64,000 nucleotides of DNA from Bacteroidia bacterium. GTDB lineage: Bacteria > Bacteroidota > Bacteroidia > NS11-12g > UBA9320. The position numbers were made by a program, and so were the translations under genes. Below, in pieces: positions 10,228 to 19,697 of this stretch; the first letter of the stretch is position 1; each line of letters starts with the position of its first letter. The notes under the pieces were generated by a model. It searched no databases, had not been told where the DNA came from, and was given only the letters and a program-made list of their open reading frames with translations. The stretch spans positions 1,120,001-1,184,000 of the forward strand of contig CBDCFW010000006.1 in the NCBI GenBank assembly GCA_965216465.1, written 5' to 3'.

Positions 10228-12684
10228 ATGAGTTCTCAATTATTTGAAATATCAAACTTAGTATGTACTTACAATCAAGAGAGCAATGATGTTCTTGTGG
10301 TTGATAAACTCAACTTGTATAAGGGCGAAATCGTATTCTTCCTTGGAGCTTCAGGAACAGGTAAGAGCACCTTGCTTGAAACTCTTGGCTTAATGAACAA
10401 TACGGCCAAAAAAGGAGAAATTAAGTTTGAGACAGACGACGCCCAACACGATTTGGTCAGTGTCTGGAACAAAGAATCTACAGACCGAATTGCAATTCGA
10501 AAGGAGCATTTTGGATTTATTTTCCAAAATACCAACCTCATGAACAATCTTACAGCCGAAGAGAATATTGTACTTTCAGGTTTGATAAAGGAAGATGCCT
10601 CAATTGATTCATTCGATGATGACGCTACACGATTACTTGAGAAGATAAAGCTCAAAGGAGCAGGGTTTGATAGAACGGCTTTTCCGAATAATTTATCAGG
10701 CGGTCAAAGACAGCGTTTGGCCTTTGCCAGGGCTTTAATTTCAAAAAGTACGGTAATATTTGGAGATGAACCTACAGGTAACTTGGATGATGCCACTGCA
10801 GCTCAGTTAATGTCTTTCCTACAAGAAGAAATTAAATCGCAGAACAAGTCAGCTCTCATAGTTTCTCACGACAAAGAGTTAGCTTTAGAATTTGCTGATC
10901 GAATTGTAGTTATTTCAAAAGAAGAAAATAGACCAGAAGGGTTTATTAAAGAAGAAAACATCATTGTTCGCCAGGAATGGTTAGATGACCGACAGGCTGC
11001 AATAAAAAAAATATCAGATCACTACAAAGGAGCAACTGAGAAGGCTAGTGAAAGTGTTCAAAAAGGAAAACGATATAATCTTAAAGAGCAGTTTAAAGGG
11101 CTGTATTTTAGTAAAGAATATGAGGCTTTAATGGGGCAGAAAAAGATCAACTTATGGTTGCTGCTTGCCCTCTTTGTTCTCACCTTCATCACTATTGGTT
11201 TGGCAAATGGAAGTTTGGAATATCTCGACAGAAAACTCAATAGTCCATTTGTAAAGTGGATTAGTGTAACAATTCCAGCTAACCGAGCTTCTGGCGATGA
11301 AGACATTGTTAAAAAGCTCAACGAAAGTTATGAGTATAAAAAGCGGTATGGCTATAAGAACCTGATAGCATATAGCAAGGAGACGATATATGTTTTCAAT
11401 GAATCGTCGGGAGAGTTTAATGCTGTAAATGGTCGAACTGTAATACCAGAAAAAGATAATGATCTGCTTACTTCGTACATTCTAGGTGAAGAAAATTTGA
11501 TTCGGGGCTTGAATACAGGTTATGACGATGATAAGGACTTCAGCTTCATTGTTACCAAACGATTCTTGAAAGAGTTTGGTTATGACCCAGAGACCGCTAC
11601 GCAGGTTTTTATACGGTTCAAAGACTATTTAGGCCAGGATGAGAATGGAAAGATGAAGTCAATTATGTTCAAAATTCCAGTTGAGATTCGGTCAATTGTT
11701 GAAGAGATTCCAGGTAGAAACGACTTTATCTGCACTCAATATTTTGCAGAGGTTTGGAACAACTCTAGAATGGAGACCTTTAATACTCAAGCAAAAACTA
11801 ATGACATACGAATTAAAGTCGATGGAATTAAAGATAATCAACTGAAAAAAGCTCAAGAGCAATTAGATGAATTTGTACAAGCCAATTTCTCTGGTTCAGA
11901 TCCTCTGGTTGATAATTTTCAAAACTTCACTGAGGGAATGCAAAATGGTTATTATACGGTTATAAGCTTCGAACCGGCCTTGTCTTCTTATAAAATTGCC
12001 GATTCGATATACAACCAAATGATAGACCTACCCGCACTAAAAAGTGCCAAGGAAGTTGCTAGAATTTATGACTACAGTTATGTGTACAATGTTCAAAGTA
12101 CTCCAAGCTTTGACAACTACTCGATTAACTTTTTTCATCTCGATAGTATCCGTCCTTTCTCTGACTTTTTATACGAACGCTTTAATAAGCAAGGAGAAAG
12201 TAAGATGGGTAAGGTTGAGCTAGATATGGCTAAAGTTAAAGAGAAAGATAATTATGTGTTCATGAGTAATGTGACGAGAACCATTTCTGTTTTTTTAATA
12301 TTTATAGGCATAGTGAGCAGTGCATTGCTAATATTCAACATGCTTAAACTGCATTTCAGCCAGATTAAGTCAAATATTGGTACACTGAACGCAATAGGAT
12401 TAGCTTTTAACACGACGTACAAACTCTATCTCAGAATTGTTGTTCGCTTTGTTTTAATTAGTCTACTCATTTCAGCCATACTCGCTTTCTTAATTGGAAG
12501 TTTGATCGAGTTGTATCTCAGTCAAGTGATGGTTACAGAGTTAGACCTCGATTACTTTGAATTATTCTCATTTAGAACACTCATGTTTGTGATTGTTACT
12601 GTTGCCGCTTCAGTACTTGTAACGATGTACACAATTAAACTATATTTGAAAAAATCGCCTGGAGACTTGATATATAACCGATGA
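10228..12684 (+). CDS. MacB/FtsX-type ABC transporter, ATPase-permease fusion
   Basis: Walker A GASGTGKS, signature LSGGQRQR, DEPTGNLD, SHD switch. One TM, a large periplasmic domain, then three C-terminal TMs (MacB topology). Confidence 0.85.
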   Translation: MSSQLFEISNLVCTYNQESNDVLVVDKLNLYKGEIVFFLGASGTGKSTLLETLGLMNNTAKKGEIKFETDDAQHDLVSVWNKESTDRIAIRKEHFGFIFQNTNLMNNLTAEENIVLSGLIKEDASIDSFDDDATRLLEKIKLKGAGFDRTAFPNNLSGGQRQRLAFARALISKSTVIFGDEPTGNLDDATAAQLMSFLQEEIKSQNKSALIVSHDKELALEFADRIVVISKEENRPEGFIKEENIIVRQEWLDDRQAAIKKISDHYKGATEKASESVQKGKRYNLKEQFKGLYFSKEYEALMGQKKINLWLLLALFVLTFITIGLANGSLEYLDRKLNSPFVKWISVTIPANRASGDEDIVKKLNESYEYKKRYGYKNLIAYSKETIYVFNESSGEFNAVNGRTVIPEKDNDLLTSYILGEENLIRGLNTGYDDDKDFSFIVTKRFLKEFGYDPETATQVFIRFKDYLGQDENGKMKSIMFKIPVEIRSIVEEIPGRNDFICTQYFAEVWNNSRMETFNTQAKTNDIRIKVDGIKDNQLKKAQEQLDEFVQANFSGSDPLVDNFQNFTEGMQNGYYTVISFEPALSSYKIADSIYNQMIDLPALKSAKEVARIYDYSYVYNVQSTPSFDNYSINFFHLDSIRPFSDFLYERFNKQGESKMGKVELDMAKVKEKDNYVFMSNVTRTISVFLIFIGIVSSALLIFNMLKLHFSQIKSNIGTLNAIGLAFNTTYKLYLRIVVRFVLISLLISAILAFLIGSLIELYLSQVMVTELDLDYFELFSFRTLMFVIVTVAASVLVTMYTIKLYLKKSPGDLIYNR

Positions 12685-14822
12685 ATTGTAGATACCTACT
12701 CAGCTTAGTACTTTTAACACTTATTATTTACCCATCCCAAGCTCAGATAAATGATCATTTAATTGGGAGTCCGTTTGGCGGAGTTTCTTCTATCAGCTTA
12801 AACCCCGCAATAAACAATCACAATAAAACTTTCGAGTTCAACCTTTATAATTTCAATTGGAAGAAAGACTTTTTCAGTTCAAATTATTATGACTCTAAAG
12901 TCAATGATTTATCAACGATAAGGGAAGATTACAAAATGGTCTTTACTGGTGTTATGTTTACGACCGATGTTAAGGCAGCGAATAGAACGCATCAGTGGGG
13001 TTTCGGATTGTCAAATCACCGTTACGGAACTTTTAGATATGAGACAGAAAGTCAAACTTCAAGGCAACACTTCTATCAAAACAATCAAGATCGAGATTTC
13101 ACGAACCAAAATGTTTCTCAGTACAGACATCAATATGCAGATTTAGGATTAACTGTTGCTTACAATTTGATAGCAACCAAAAGAATGCAATTCAATCTTG
13201 GAGCCACCGTTAAACAAATTAGAGGTGAACACTTGCAAATTGGGTACGTTCGCGGTATGACGAGACAGTTTCCTTCTGAATCGATTCAAAACAGTTATTT
13301 TTTTAATTATCGAAATCCAGATTGGATCAATGACGGAGAAAATGCATTTCAAGAAGCCTCCTTATTTACTAAAGCAGAAGACGATCAGCCAACCAGCTTC
13401 GCCGGTGATTTTGGATTTGAATTTCAGGTACGAAAAGCAGAAGGAGTATTGCGGTATGTAATGGATGATTCTGCCAGAGCCCAAGAAGATATTAATCAAA
13501 CCCTTTTCAAAATAGGAGGATCTATAAGTAATGTAGGAGCTAATTTGGAATATCAGCGCGGAGATGCTGATGTTACTGCAGATGGTGTTTATGCACTGAA
13601 CACATCTGGTGTGAGTGATGATTTTAAACTGGAGGTGTCTGTTCCTCAGAACTTACTTGCCTATGTTGATTTCAGTTTGGGAAAAGTCTTTAGTATGAAC
13701 ATGAACTTTCGTCAGTTCTCTTACCAAACTTTTGATGGAAGCGAATACGTTTCAAAGAAAGAACAAACCATCGGTATTATTCCAAGATTCGAGAAGAAAG
13801 GTGTTGGTGTTTATGTTCCTGTTCAATATGGTTTGGAATCTGACCGAGGAAATGTTGAGATTGGTGCAGCAATGCGTATTTATTGGTTAAGCTTTCGGCT
13901 TGATAACTTAATGACCTATTTCTCAGATGCAAATACACCAAGCGGCATGCAACTAGGAGTCTTTATTCCAATACATCGGAAGATGCCTAAAGACACAGAC
14001 AAAGACTGGGTATCTGATGAGCTCGATGAATGCCCAAATGATGCTGGATTCTGGTACACTAAAGGCTGTCCTGATGCAGATGGAGATAGCGTACCAGATA
14101 GAAGCGATTTATGTGCTTTTGAATTTGGCACTAGAGCAACTTATGGTTGTCCTGATAAAGACGGCGACGGAATCAGAGACAGTGAAGATGAATGTGATTC
14201 TATTTTTGGAGTAGAAGCATTTAAGGGCTGTCCTGATACAGATGGTGATGGAGTTCCGGATAAAGAAGATAGGTGTGAACTTGATCCTGGTCCTGCTGAA
14301 GAATATGGCTGTCCTGATACTGACGGAGATGGATTATTTGACCATGAGGATGTTTGCGATGAAGAATTTGGATTACCTATACATAAAGGTTGCCCTATAG
14401 ATTCGGATAACGATGGAATTTATGATCACGAAGACAATTGCCCAACTCAAGCGGGTGATCGTGCTAACAAGGGTTGCCCATATTCAGATAAAGATAGATT
14501 CGACGCTAAAATGTTCACATTTACTGAAGATTTTATGTGGGATGTTGGAGCAGGTACCATTTCAAATGATCGGAGTTTGGAGATACTCGATGAGGTAGTA
14601 GACTTTGTTGACGATAACATGGACTATATTCTGACCATCACAATTCTGCCCGAAGATAGTACTGCTACGAGTATTGAGCTTGCAGAAGAACGGGTTGATG
14701 TTTTAGTCAGAATGCTACTTGATACAGGCCTTGATGATTCAAGATTGGAGATTGAAGTCGCTGAAAATGAGTACTTTGAAGGTAAATTTACCAAATTTTC
14801 TGTACGTCTTGAAGATTATTGA
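12681..14822 (+). CDS. Outer-membrane barrel (DUF5723-like) + thrombospondin type 3 repeats + OmpA-like C-terminal domain
   Basis: Signal peptide, early LNPA motif, beta-strand-rich N-half, six D.D.D.[VIL].D..D.C...GCP units. C-terminus LDEVVDFV...ELAEERVDVLVRML...G....RL is OmpA-C-like but degenerate. Confidence 0.7.
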   Translation: MNCRYLLSLVLLTLIIYPSQAQINDHLIGSPFGGVSSISLNPAINNHNKTFEFNLYNFNWKKDFFSSNYYDSKVNDLSTIREDYKMVFTGVMFTTDVKAANRTHQWGFGLSNHRYGTFRYETESQTSRQHFYQNNQDRDFTNQNVSQYRHQYADLGLTVAYNLIATKRMQFNLGATVKQIRGEHLQIGYVRGMTRQFPSESIQNSYFFNYRNPDWINDGENAFQEASLFTKAEDDQPTSFAGDFGFEFQVRKAEGVLRYVMDDSARAQEDINQTLFKIGGSISNVGANLEYQRGDADVTADGVYALNTSGVSDDFKLEVSVPQNLLAYVDFSLGKVFSMNMNFRQFSYQTFDGSEYVSKKEQTIGIIPRFEKKGVGVYVPVQYGLESDRGNVEIGAAMRIYWLSFRLDNLMTYFSDANTPSGMQLGVFIPIHRKMPKDTDKDWVSDELDECPNDAGFWYTKGCPDADGDSVPDRSDLCAFEFGTRATYGCPDKDGDGIRDSEDECDSIFGVEAFKGCPDTDGDGVPDKEDRCELDPGPAEEYGCPDTDGDGLFDHEDVCDEEFGLPIHKGCPIDSDNDGIYDHEDNCPTQAGDRANKGCPYSDKDRFDAKMFTFTEDFMWDVGAGTISNDRSLEILDEVVDFVDDNMDYILTITILPEDSTATSIELAEERVDVLVRMLLDTGLDDSRLEIEVAENEYFEGKFTKFSVRLEDY
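13990..14480 (+). repeat. Six coding TSP3-like Ca-binding tandem repeats (about 27 aa each)
   Basis: Recurring gg(c/t)tgtcctgat...ga(t/c)gg DNA motif encoding GCPDxDGDG. Confidence 0.85.
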
Positions 14823-14833
14823 TTAACATTTAG

Positions 14834-14841
14834 TATTTTTG
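14834..14841 (+). promoter_or_regulatory. Putative Bacteroidota -7 promoter element upstream of tssH
   Basis: TATTTTTG matches TAnnTTTG in the short intergenic gap. Confidence 0.45.
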
Positions 14842-14863
14842 GGTAATTTAATAACCTTATAAC

Positions 14864-17353
14864 TTGGAAACTAACCTGTCAATTAATGAATCCCTCAAGG
14901 ATGCGGTGAATATTGCTAAAAAAATAGCAAAAGAGAACTCAAACGCCGAATTTTCATCCTCCCATTTACTTCTTGCTTTGATGCATAAATCTATCGGATT
15001 TACTGCTTTTTTACGTGAACTTGGCAAGGATGTTAATTACATTAAAGAATGGGCCCAAATACGCATAGATGAACTTCCAAAATCAGGTAAAGTTTCTGAA
15101 GAAATAAACGGTGATGATAAGGTTAGAAATGCCTTTGATGAAGCTGACAATTATAGACTGAAATTTGGCTTGCTTGAAAGCAATCCAGTATGCGTTTTTT
15201 TAGGACTAATCAGACCAAATATTGGGTTTGATGTTAATGAGCTGAAGTCTTTCCCTGTTATTGAAAAAGAAGTCTTAGACATATACTTCAATAACCAAGA
15301 AGTAGCCACATCAATTTCGGGTGATTCAACAGGTCAAAGTGCACCTACCACAACAAAGAAATCTAAAGCTTCATTGTTGAAATATTGCAATGATAAAACA
15401 GCAGATGCAAAAGCTCAGTTGAATGACCCCGTTGTAGGTCGTGATAAAGAGGTTCGACAAATGATTGAAATTCTTTGTCGTCGATCTAAGCCGAATGTGA
15501 TTTTAATTGGAGAACCAGGTGTTGGTAAGTCTGCATTGGTTGAAAGTTTTTCTTATGTTGTGTCTACCGAAGATGTGCCTGTTGCATTAAAAAATGCTAA
15601 TGTATATGAATTAGATTCAGGAACATTGTTAGCAGGGGCATCTTATAAAGGAGAAATTGAAGATCGAGTCAAAGGAATTTTAAAAGATGTTAAGTCTGAA
15701 GAGAAAGCGATTCTTTTCATTGATGAGATACATGCTATCTTAGACCCTAAAGGTCCATTTGGAGCGGGTTTAGCAAATCTGCTCAAGCCAGAACTTGCTA
15801 GAGGCGAGATTACTATTATTGGAGCAACCACCACAGACGAGTATCGTAAGCTGATTGAACCTGAGCGAGCGTTCAGCAGAAGATTCGAGTTGGTTCAAGT
15901 TGAAGAACCTACCGTGTCAACTGCAATAAAAATGTTGGATGCAGTGGTGCCAAAATATTCAGAGCATCATGGTTTGTCGCTAACCGATGATGTAACTACA
16001 AGCTGCGTTACATTAGCAAAACGTTACAGCAAAGAAAGAAGACTGCCTGATTCGGCAATTGACTTGCTAGACCGAACCATGTCAAGTATTAAAACCCTTA
16101 AGGAGCTTACAGAGGTTAAATTGGTTGAGTTTGTTAGTGAATTAGAAAATGTTACATCTTCAGAAGAAAGTGACGAGAGTAAACTCAATACATTTGCTTG
16201 GATTCACAAGCAAATTCAAGATACAATCAGTCCTATTTTAATAGGCTCGGTTGAAGATGAAATTGATTGGGATTCAGGATTCAGTCCAGAACAAATAAAT
16301 TCTGTGTTAAACGATTATATAGGTAGCCTACGGTCAAAATTTGAACAACGAAAGGAGTCGACAGAAATTGATTCTGAAGACGTCGCTACCCTAATAGCTT
16401 CAAGTACAGGAATTCCTATCGGAAAGATTCAAAGTGATGAGCAAGCAAAGCTCATGAATATTGAAAATATTGTTCGTCAACGTGTTGTTGGTCAAGATCA
16501 CGCAATTAAGTCTTTGGCTGATGCAATTATCGAATCGCGGTCTGGACTAACCAAGAAAGGAAAACCTATAGGTTCATTCTTCTTCCTTGGACCTACCGGT
16601 ACGGGTAAGACAGAGGTAGCGAAAGGAATCGCGGACTTTTTATTTAATGATGAAAAGGCCATGATTCGCTTCGATATGTCTGAGTTTAAAGAAGAGCACA
16701 GTGCAGCGTTGCTATATGGAGCACCTCCGGGCTATGTTGGATACGAAGAAGGTGGGGTTCTAGTGAACAAGATTAGAGAGACACCTTATGCGGTTGTTCT
16801 CTTCGATGAGATTGAAAAAGCGCATCCTTCGGTATTTGATATCTTCTTACAAATCTTGGACGAAGGAGTGATGCACGATAGATTGGGTAAAGAGGGAGAT
16901 TTCTCTAACTCGATTATTCTATTTACAAGTAACATAGCGAGCGATTGGATTGTTGAGCAGTTCTCGGAAGGAGTAAAACCAAAGTCGAACGACTTGCTTG
17001 AGAAAATGGCACCTTATTTCCGTCCAGAGTTTTTAGCTCGACTTACGGAGATTATTCCATTTGCACCTATTGCTAAAGAGAATGTATTGAAGATTTTGGA
17101 TATTCATTCGAAAGATTTATTCAAAACACTGGATAAGCTTGGTATTGCGATTACAATCAGCGACCAGGCAAAAGAAATATTGGTAGAAAAAGGATATACA
17201 CCAAAATATGGGGCAAGACCTATTGTTGGAGTAATCAGAAACTACCTACGACGACCAATTTCGAAACTTATAGTAAGTGGAGAATTAAAGTCAGGGCACA
17301 CAGTTGAAGTTGATGTGTCAGATACAAATGAATTAACTTATAATATTAAATAA
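14864..17353 (+). CDS. tssH: T6SS AAA+ ATPase TssH/ClpV
   Basis: Clp-N domain and two AAA modules ([15 protein letters not shown]; [24 protein letters not shown]). Lies directly upstream of tssBC. TTG start. Confidence 0.9.
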   Translation: METNLSINESLKDAVNIAKKIAKENSNAEFSSSHLLLALMHKSIGFTAFLRELGKDVNYIKEWAQIRIDELPKSGKVSEEINGDDKVRNAFDEADNYRLKFGLLESNPVCVFLGLIRPNIGFDVNELKSFPVIEKEVLDIYFNNQEVATSISGDSTGQSAPTTTKKSKASLLKYCNDKTADAKAQLNDPVVGRDKEVRQMIEILCRRSKPNVILIGEPGVGKSALVESFSYVVSTEDVPVALKNANVYELDSGTLLAGASYKGEIEDRVKGILKDVKSEEKAILFIDEIHAILDPKGPFGAGLANLLKPELARGEITIIGATTTDEYRKLIEPERAFSRRFELVQVEEPTVSTAIKMLDAVVPKYSEHHGLSLTDDVTTSCVTLAKRYSKERRLPDSAIDLLDRTMSSIKTLKELTEVKLVEFVSELENVTSSEESDESKLNTFAWIHKQIQDTISPILIGSVEDEIDWDSGFSPEQINSVLNDYIGSLRSKFEQRKESTEIDSEDVATLIASSTGIPIGKIQSDEQAKLMNIENIVRQRVVGQDHAIKSLADAIIESRSGLTKKGKPIGSFFFLGPTGTGKTEVAKGIADFLFNDEKAMIRFDMSEFKEEHSAALLYGAPPGYVGYEEGGVLVNKIRETPYAVVLFDEIEKAHPSVFDIFLQILDEGVMHDRLGKEGDFSNSIILFTSNIASDWIVEQFSEGVKPKSNDLLEKMAPYFRPEFLARLTEIIPFAPIAKENVLKILDIHSKDLFKTLDKLGIAITISDQAKEILVEKGYTPKYGARPIVGVIRNYLRRPISKLIVSGELKSGHTVEVDVSDTNELTYNIK

Positions 17354-17358
17354 TAAAT

Positions 17359-17814
17359 ATGGCATCTTACAAATACGATTTAGGTGGATCAATGAAGCCC
17401 GATGACGCATCGGAAGGAATAGCGGAATTTGATCAGAATAGAACCTTATTAGTCCAAAAATTAACAGGCGAGGATCCTGTTAAGCCAGAGATTACAAAAG
17501 GATTGAGAACAGTTGATGAAGTTTTCGAAAAATTTCAGCCCAACGTGGACTGTGAATTTGAGAAAGCGGATGGAAGTACCATTGAGGAAAATATTTCATT
17601 CTCAAATGTTGGAGATTTTTCTGCAAATAGCATTAGTAAAAACAGTGAGTTTTTGAACAATTTAACCGTTCAGAATGAGCAGTACTTAAAGATTTTAAAG
17701 AAAGTAAAATCGAATAAAATTTTGCAAAATGTAATGAACGACCCTGCAGCTAAAGAGGCGTTTATTAACTCGCTAAAAGGAATGTTACAAGAATTAATTG
17801 AATCAGAAGAATAA
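17359..17814 (+). CDS. tssB: T6SSiii sheath small subunit TssB
   Basis: NRTLLVQKLT..P.KPEI..GL.TV.EVF..F.P motif; upstream of tssC. Confidence 0.85.
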   Translation: MASYKYDLGGSMKPDDASEGIAEFDQNRTLLVQKLTGEDPVKPEITKGLRTVDEVFEKFQPNVDCEFEKADGSTIEENISFSNVGDFSANSISKNSEFLNNLTVQNEQYLKILKKVKSNKILQNVMNDPAAKEAFINSLKGMLQELIESEE

Positions 17815-17825
17815 TAAGTAGAGTA

Positions 17826-19202
17826 ATGGCAGAACAAGAAGCATTATCATCAGGAATTGAATTCGAACTGAAGGAAAGGTTCGAATCGCCACAAGAGGCA
17901 GTAAACGAGAATTTAGACAGTCTGATTAAGTTTGGAGGTTTTGACTTTGTTGATTCTTTAATCGATGGAGTAGATAACCTGAATCCAGAAAAGAAGGCTA
18001 AGCGAAAAATCTTTTTGTCAGATGACAATAAGAAAGAAGACCGTTCTAAACTTCAAAAGAATATAGCAATCTGGTTGAACTTGTTAAACGACAACGAAAA
18101 CCTTGAATCGATTGCAGGAGATTGCCAGGCTAGGGCAGATCAAGCAGACAAAACGTACAAGAAAAACATCAAAAAAGTGCTGGAGACAGCAAGAGATTTG
18201 GAAGTATCGTATCGTACTGTAGCATCTTTCTTTAAGAATACAGAAAGTACAAAAATTAAAAATCTGACCATTGTAAATGCAGCAATGGACGATCTTAAGA
18301 ATCTTGATAATCCAAGGTTTATCGACGCGGTTCAAGAAGAGCTCGTGAACAATTATGATCGTTTAGATTTAAGAAATAACTATTCATTGCTTGTGGTTCC
18401 AGGCTATCTTGGTTCAAACACAGTGGTTGACAAATGGGCAAAGATTGCGTACGAAAACAAGGTAATGATGGTGACTGATTTTGAGAATCTTGACGATGCA
18501 GAATCAACACTTGATTGGTTTGAAGCGGCCAATATGACCGGAGGAGACATCTACAAAAAGAATGTGTTGATGACTTGTAATTGGCTTGTTGGAAGAGGCA
18601 AAGATGAAGAGTCAGGAGAAGATGAAGATATTTATATCCCCTCATCTGCAGCATTAGCTGGTAAGATATATCAAACCCTTCCATCTCAACCAACTGCTGG
18701 TAAGAAATGGGGTGGTATCAACGAGATTGAAGGCGTTCGTTTTGATATGAAGAAAAGTGAAATCACACAGCTTGAAAAAGCGGGCTTGATTCCTATGGTT
18801 GATGAATTTGGAAAGGTAATGGCATTCTCTGCTAAAACTCTTTTCAATGGCGACAACTTAGGTTTCCAAACCTACTCTGTTGTTAGGGTGTTTGACTACG
18901 TCTCGAAGGTATTAATGGACTTCTTAAACAGAAGAGCCTTTGAAGCGTGGAACTCTAAAACAGAAAAAGAATTGCGTGGACAGATAGTTAAGTTCTTAGA
19001 CAGTATCTGTGGACCAAATAATCTTATAGATAAATTCAAGATCATGCGACTTGAACAAGATAAACAAAACAAGGACAGAATTCACTTGGATATCCATATG
19101 AGCCCATTCTTCCCTGCTAAAAACTTTTTAATCTCTCTTGACGGGCACAAAGGTGATGACGATTCTAACATGGAATGGGATTCAAGCATCAGTCAAGAAT
19201 AA
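17826..19202 (+). CDS. tssC: T6SSiii sheath large subunit TssC (DUF5458-type)
   Basis: YDRLDLRNNYSLLVVPGYLG, NWLVGRG, FSAKTLFNGDNLG.QTYSVVRVFDY, PFFPAKNF motifs. Confidence 0.92.
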   Translation: MAEQEALSSGIEFELKERFESPQEAVNENLDSLIKFGGFDFVDSLIDGVDNLNPEKKAKRKIFLSDDNKKEDRSKLQKNIAIWLNLLNDNENLESIAGDCQARADQADKTYKKNIKKVLETARDLEVSYRTVASFFKNTESTKIKNLTIVNAAMDDLKNLDNPRFIDAVQEELVNNYDRLDLRNNYSLLVVPGYLGSNTVVDKWAKIAYENKVMMVTDFENLDDAESTLDWFEAANMTGGDIYKKNVLMTCNWLVGRGKDEESGEDEDIYIPSSAALAGKIYQTLPSQPTAGKKWGGINEIEGVRFDMKKSEITQLEKAGLIPMVDEFGKVMAFSAKTLFNGDNLGFQTYSVVRVFDYVSKVLMDFLNRRAFEAWNSKTEKELRGQIVKFLDSICGPNNLIDKFKIMRLEQDKQNKDRIHLDIHMSPFFPAKNFLISLDGHKGDDDSNMEWDSSISQE

Positions 19203-19241
19203 TTAATTTGAAAACTAATAATAACCTTAAAACATTAAATT

Positions 19242-19634
19242 ATGTCATTTAAAGCAACATTATCAATTGACGGTGGAAACGAAGTAAAATTACTCCACTG
19301 CAGTTACACATTACAAAGAGATGTAGATCAATTTGGACGTCCATCGAGTGACGTTTACGGAGGGCAGATTACCTGCGAAATTGAAGCAACGGAGGATGCC
19401 TCCTTATTCGAGTGGATTACCACCGCACACAAACTAAAAAACGGGAGCATTAAGTTTTATAAACGGGACGAAGATGCAAAGATGAAAGAGTTAAAATGGA
19501 CCGATGGATACTGCATCCATTTCAATGAAGCGTTCGATACAACGGGAACAAACCCAATGAACATTACTTTCACGGTTTCTGCTCGTGTGATTGAAGTTCA
19601 AGCTGCTTCATTTGAAGTTGAATGGCCTGATTAA
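19242..19634 (+). CDS. tssD: T6SSiii tube protein Hcp/TssD
   Basis: MSFKA.L.I.G...L.CSY...D..GRPSS...GG.I; EW; KNGSI.FYKRD; 130 aa. Confidence 0.92.
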   Translation: MSFKATLSIDGGNEVKLLHCSYTLQRDVDQFGRPSSDVYGGQITCEIEATEDASLFEWITTAHKLKNGSIKFYKRDEDAKMKELKWTDGYCIHFNEAFDTTGTNPMNITFTVSARVIEVQAASFEVEWPD

Positions 19635-19652
19635 AATTTATACATAAAATAA

Positions 19653-19685
19653 GTGGTAGCTATGATTTCGTAGTTACCACATTTT
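19653..19685 (+). terminator. Hairpin between hcp and vgrG (partial terminator or mRNA-stabilising stem)
   Basis: gtggtagctatg-attt-cgtagttaccac stem with G-U pairs, followed by atttt. Confidence 0.55.
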
Positions 19686-19697
19686 CATTAGAATACT

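Noticed and set aside
13990-14480. Regularly spaced DNA repeats as a CRISPR array
   Set aside because: They are degenerate, in-frame coding TSP3 repeats; no cas genes or identical repeats were seen anywhere in the window.
14864-17353. Housekeeping ClpB/ClpC
   Set aside because: It sits directly upstream of tssB-tssC-hcp, so context supports TssH.
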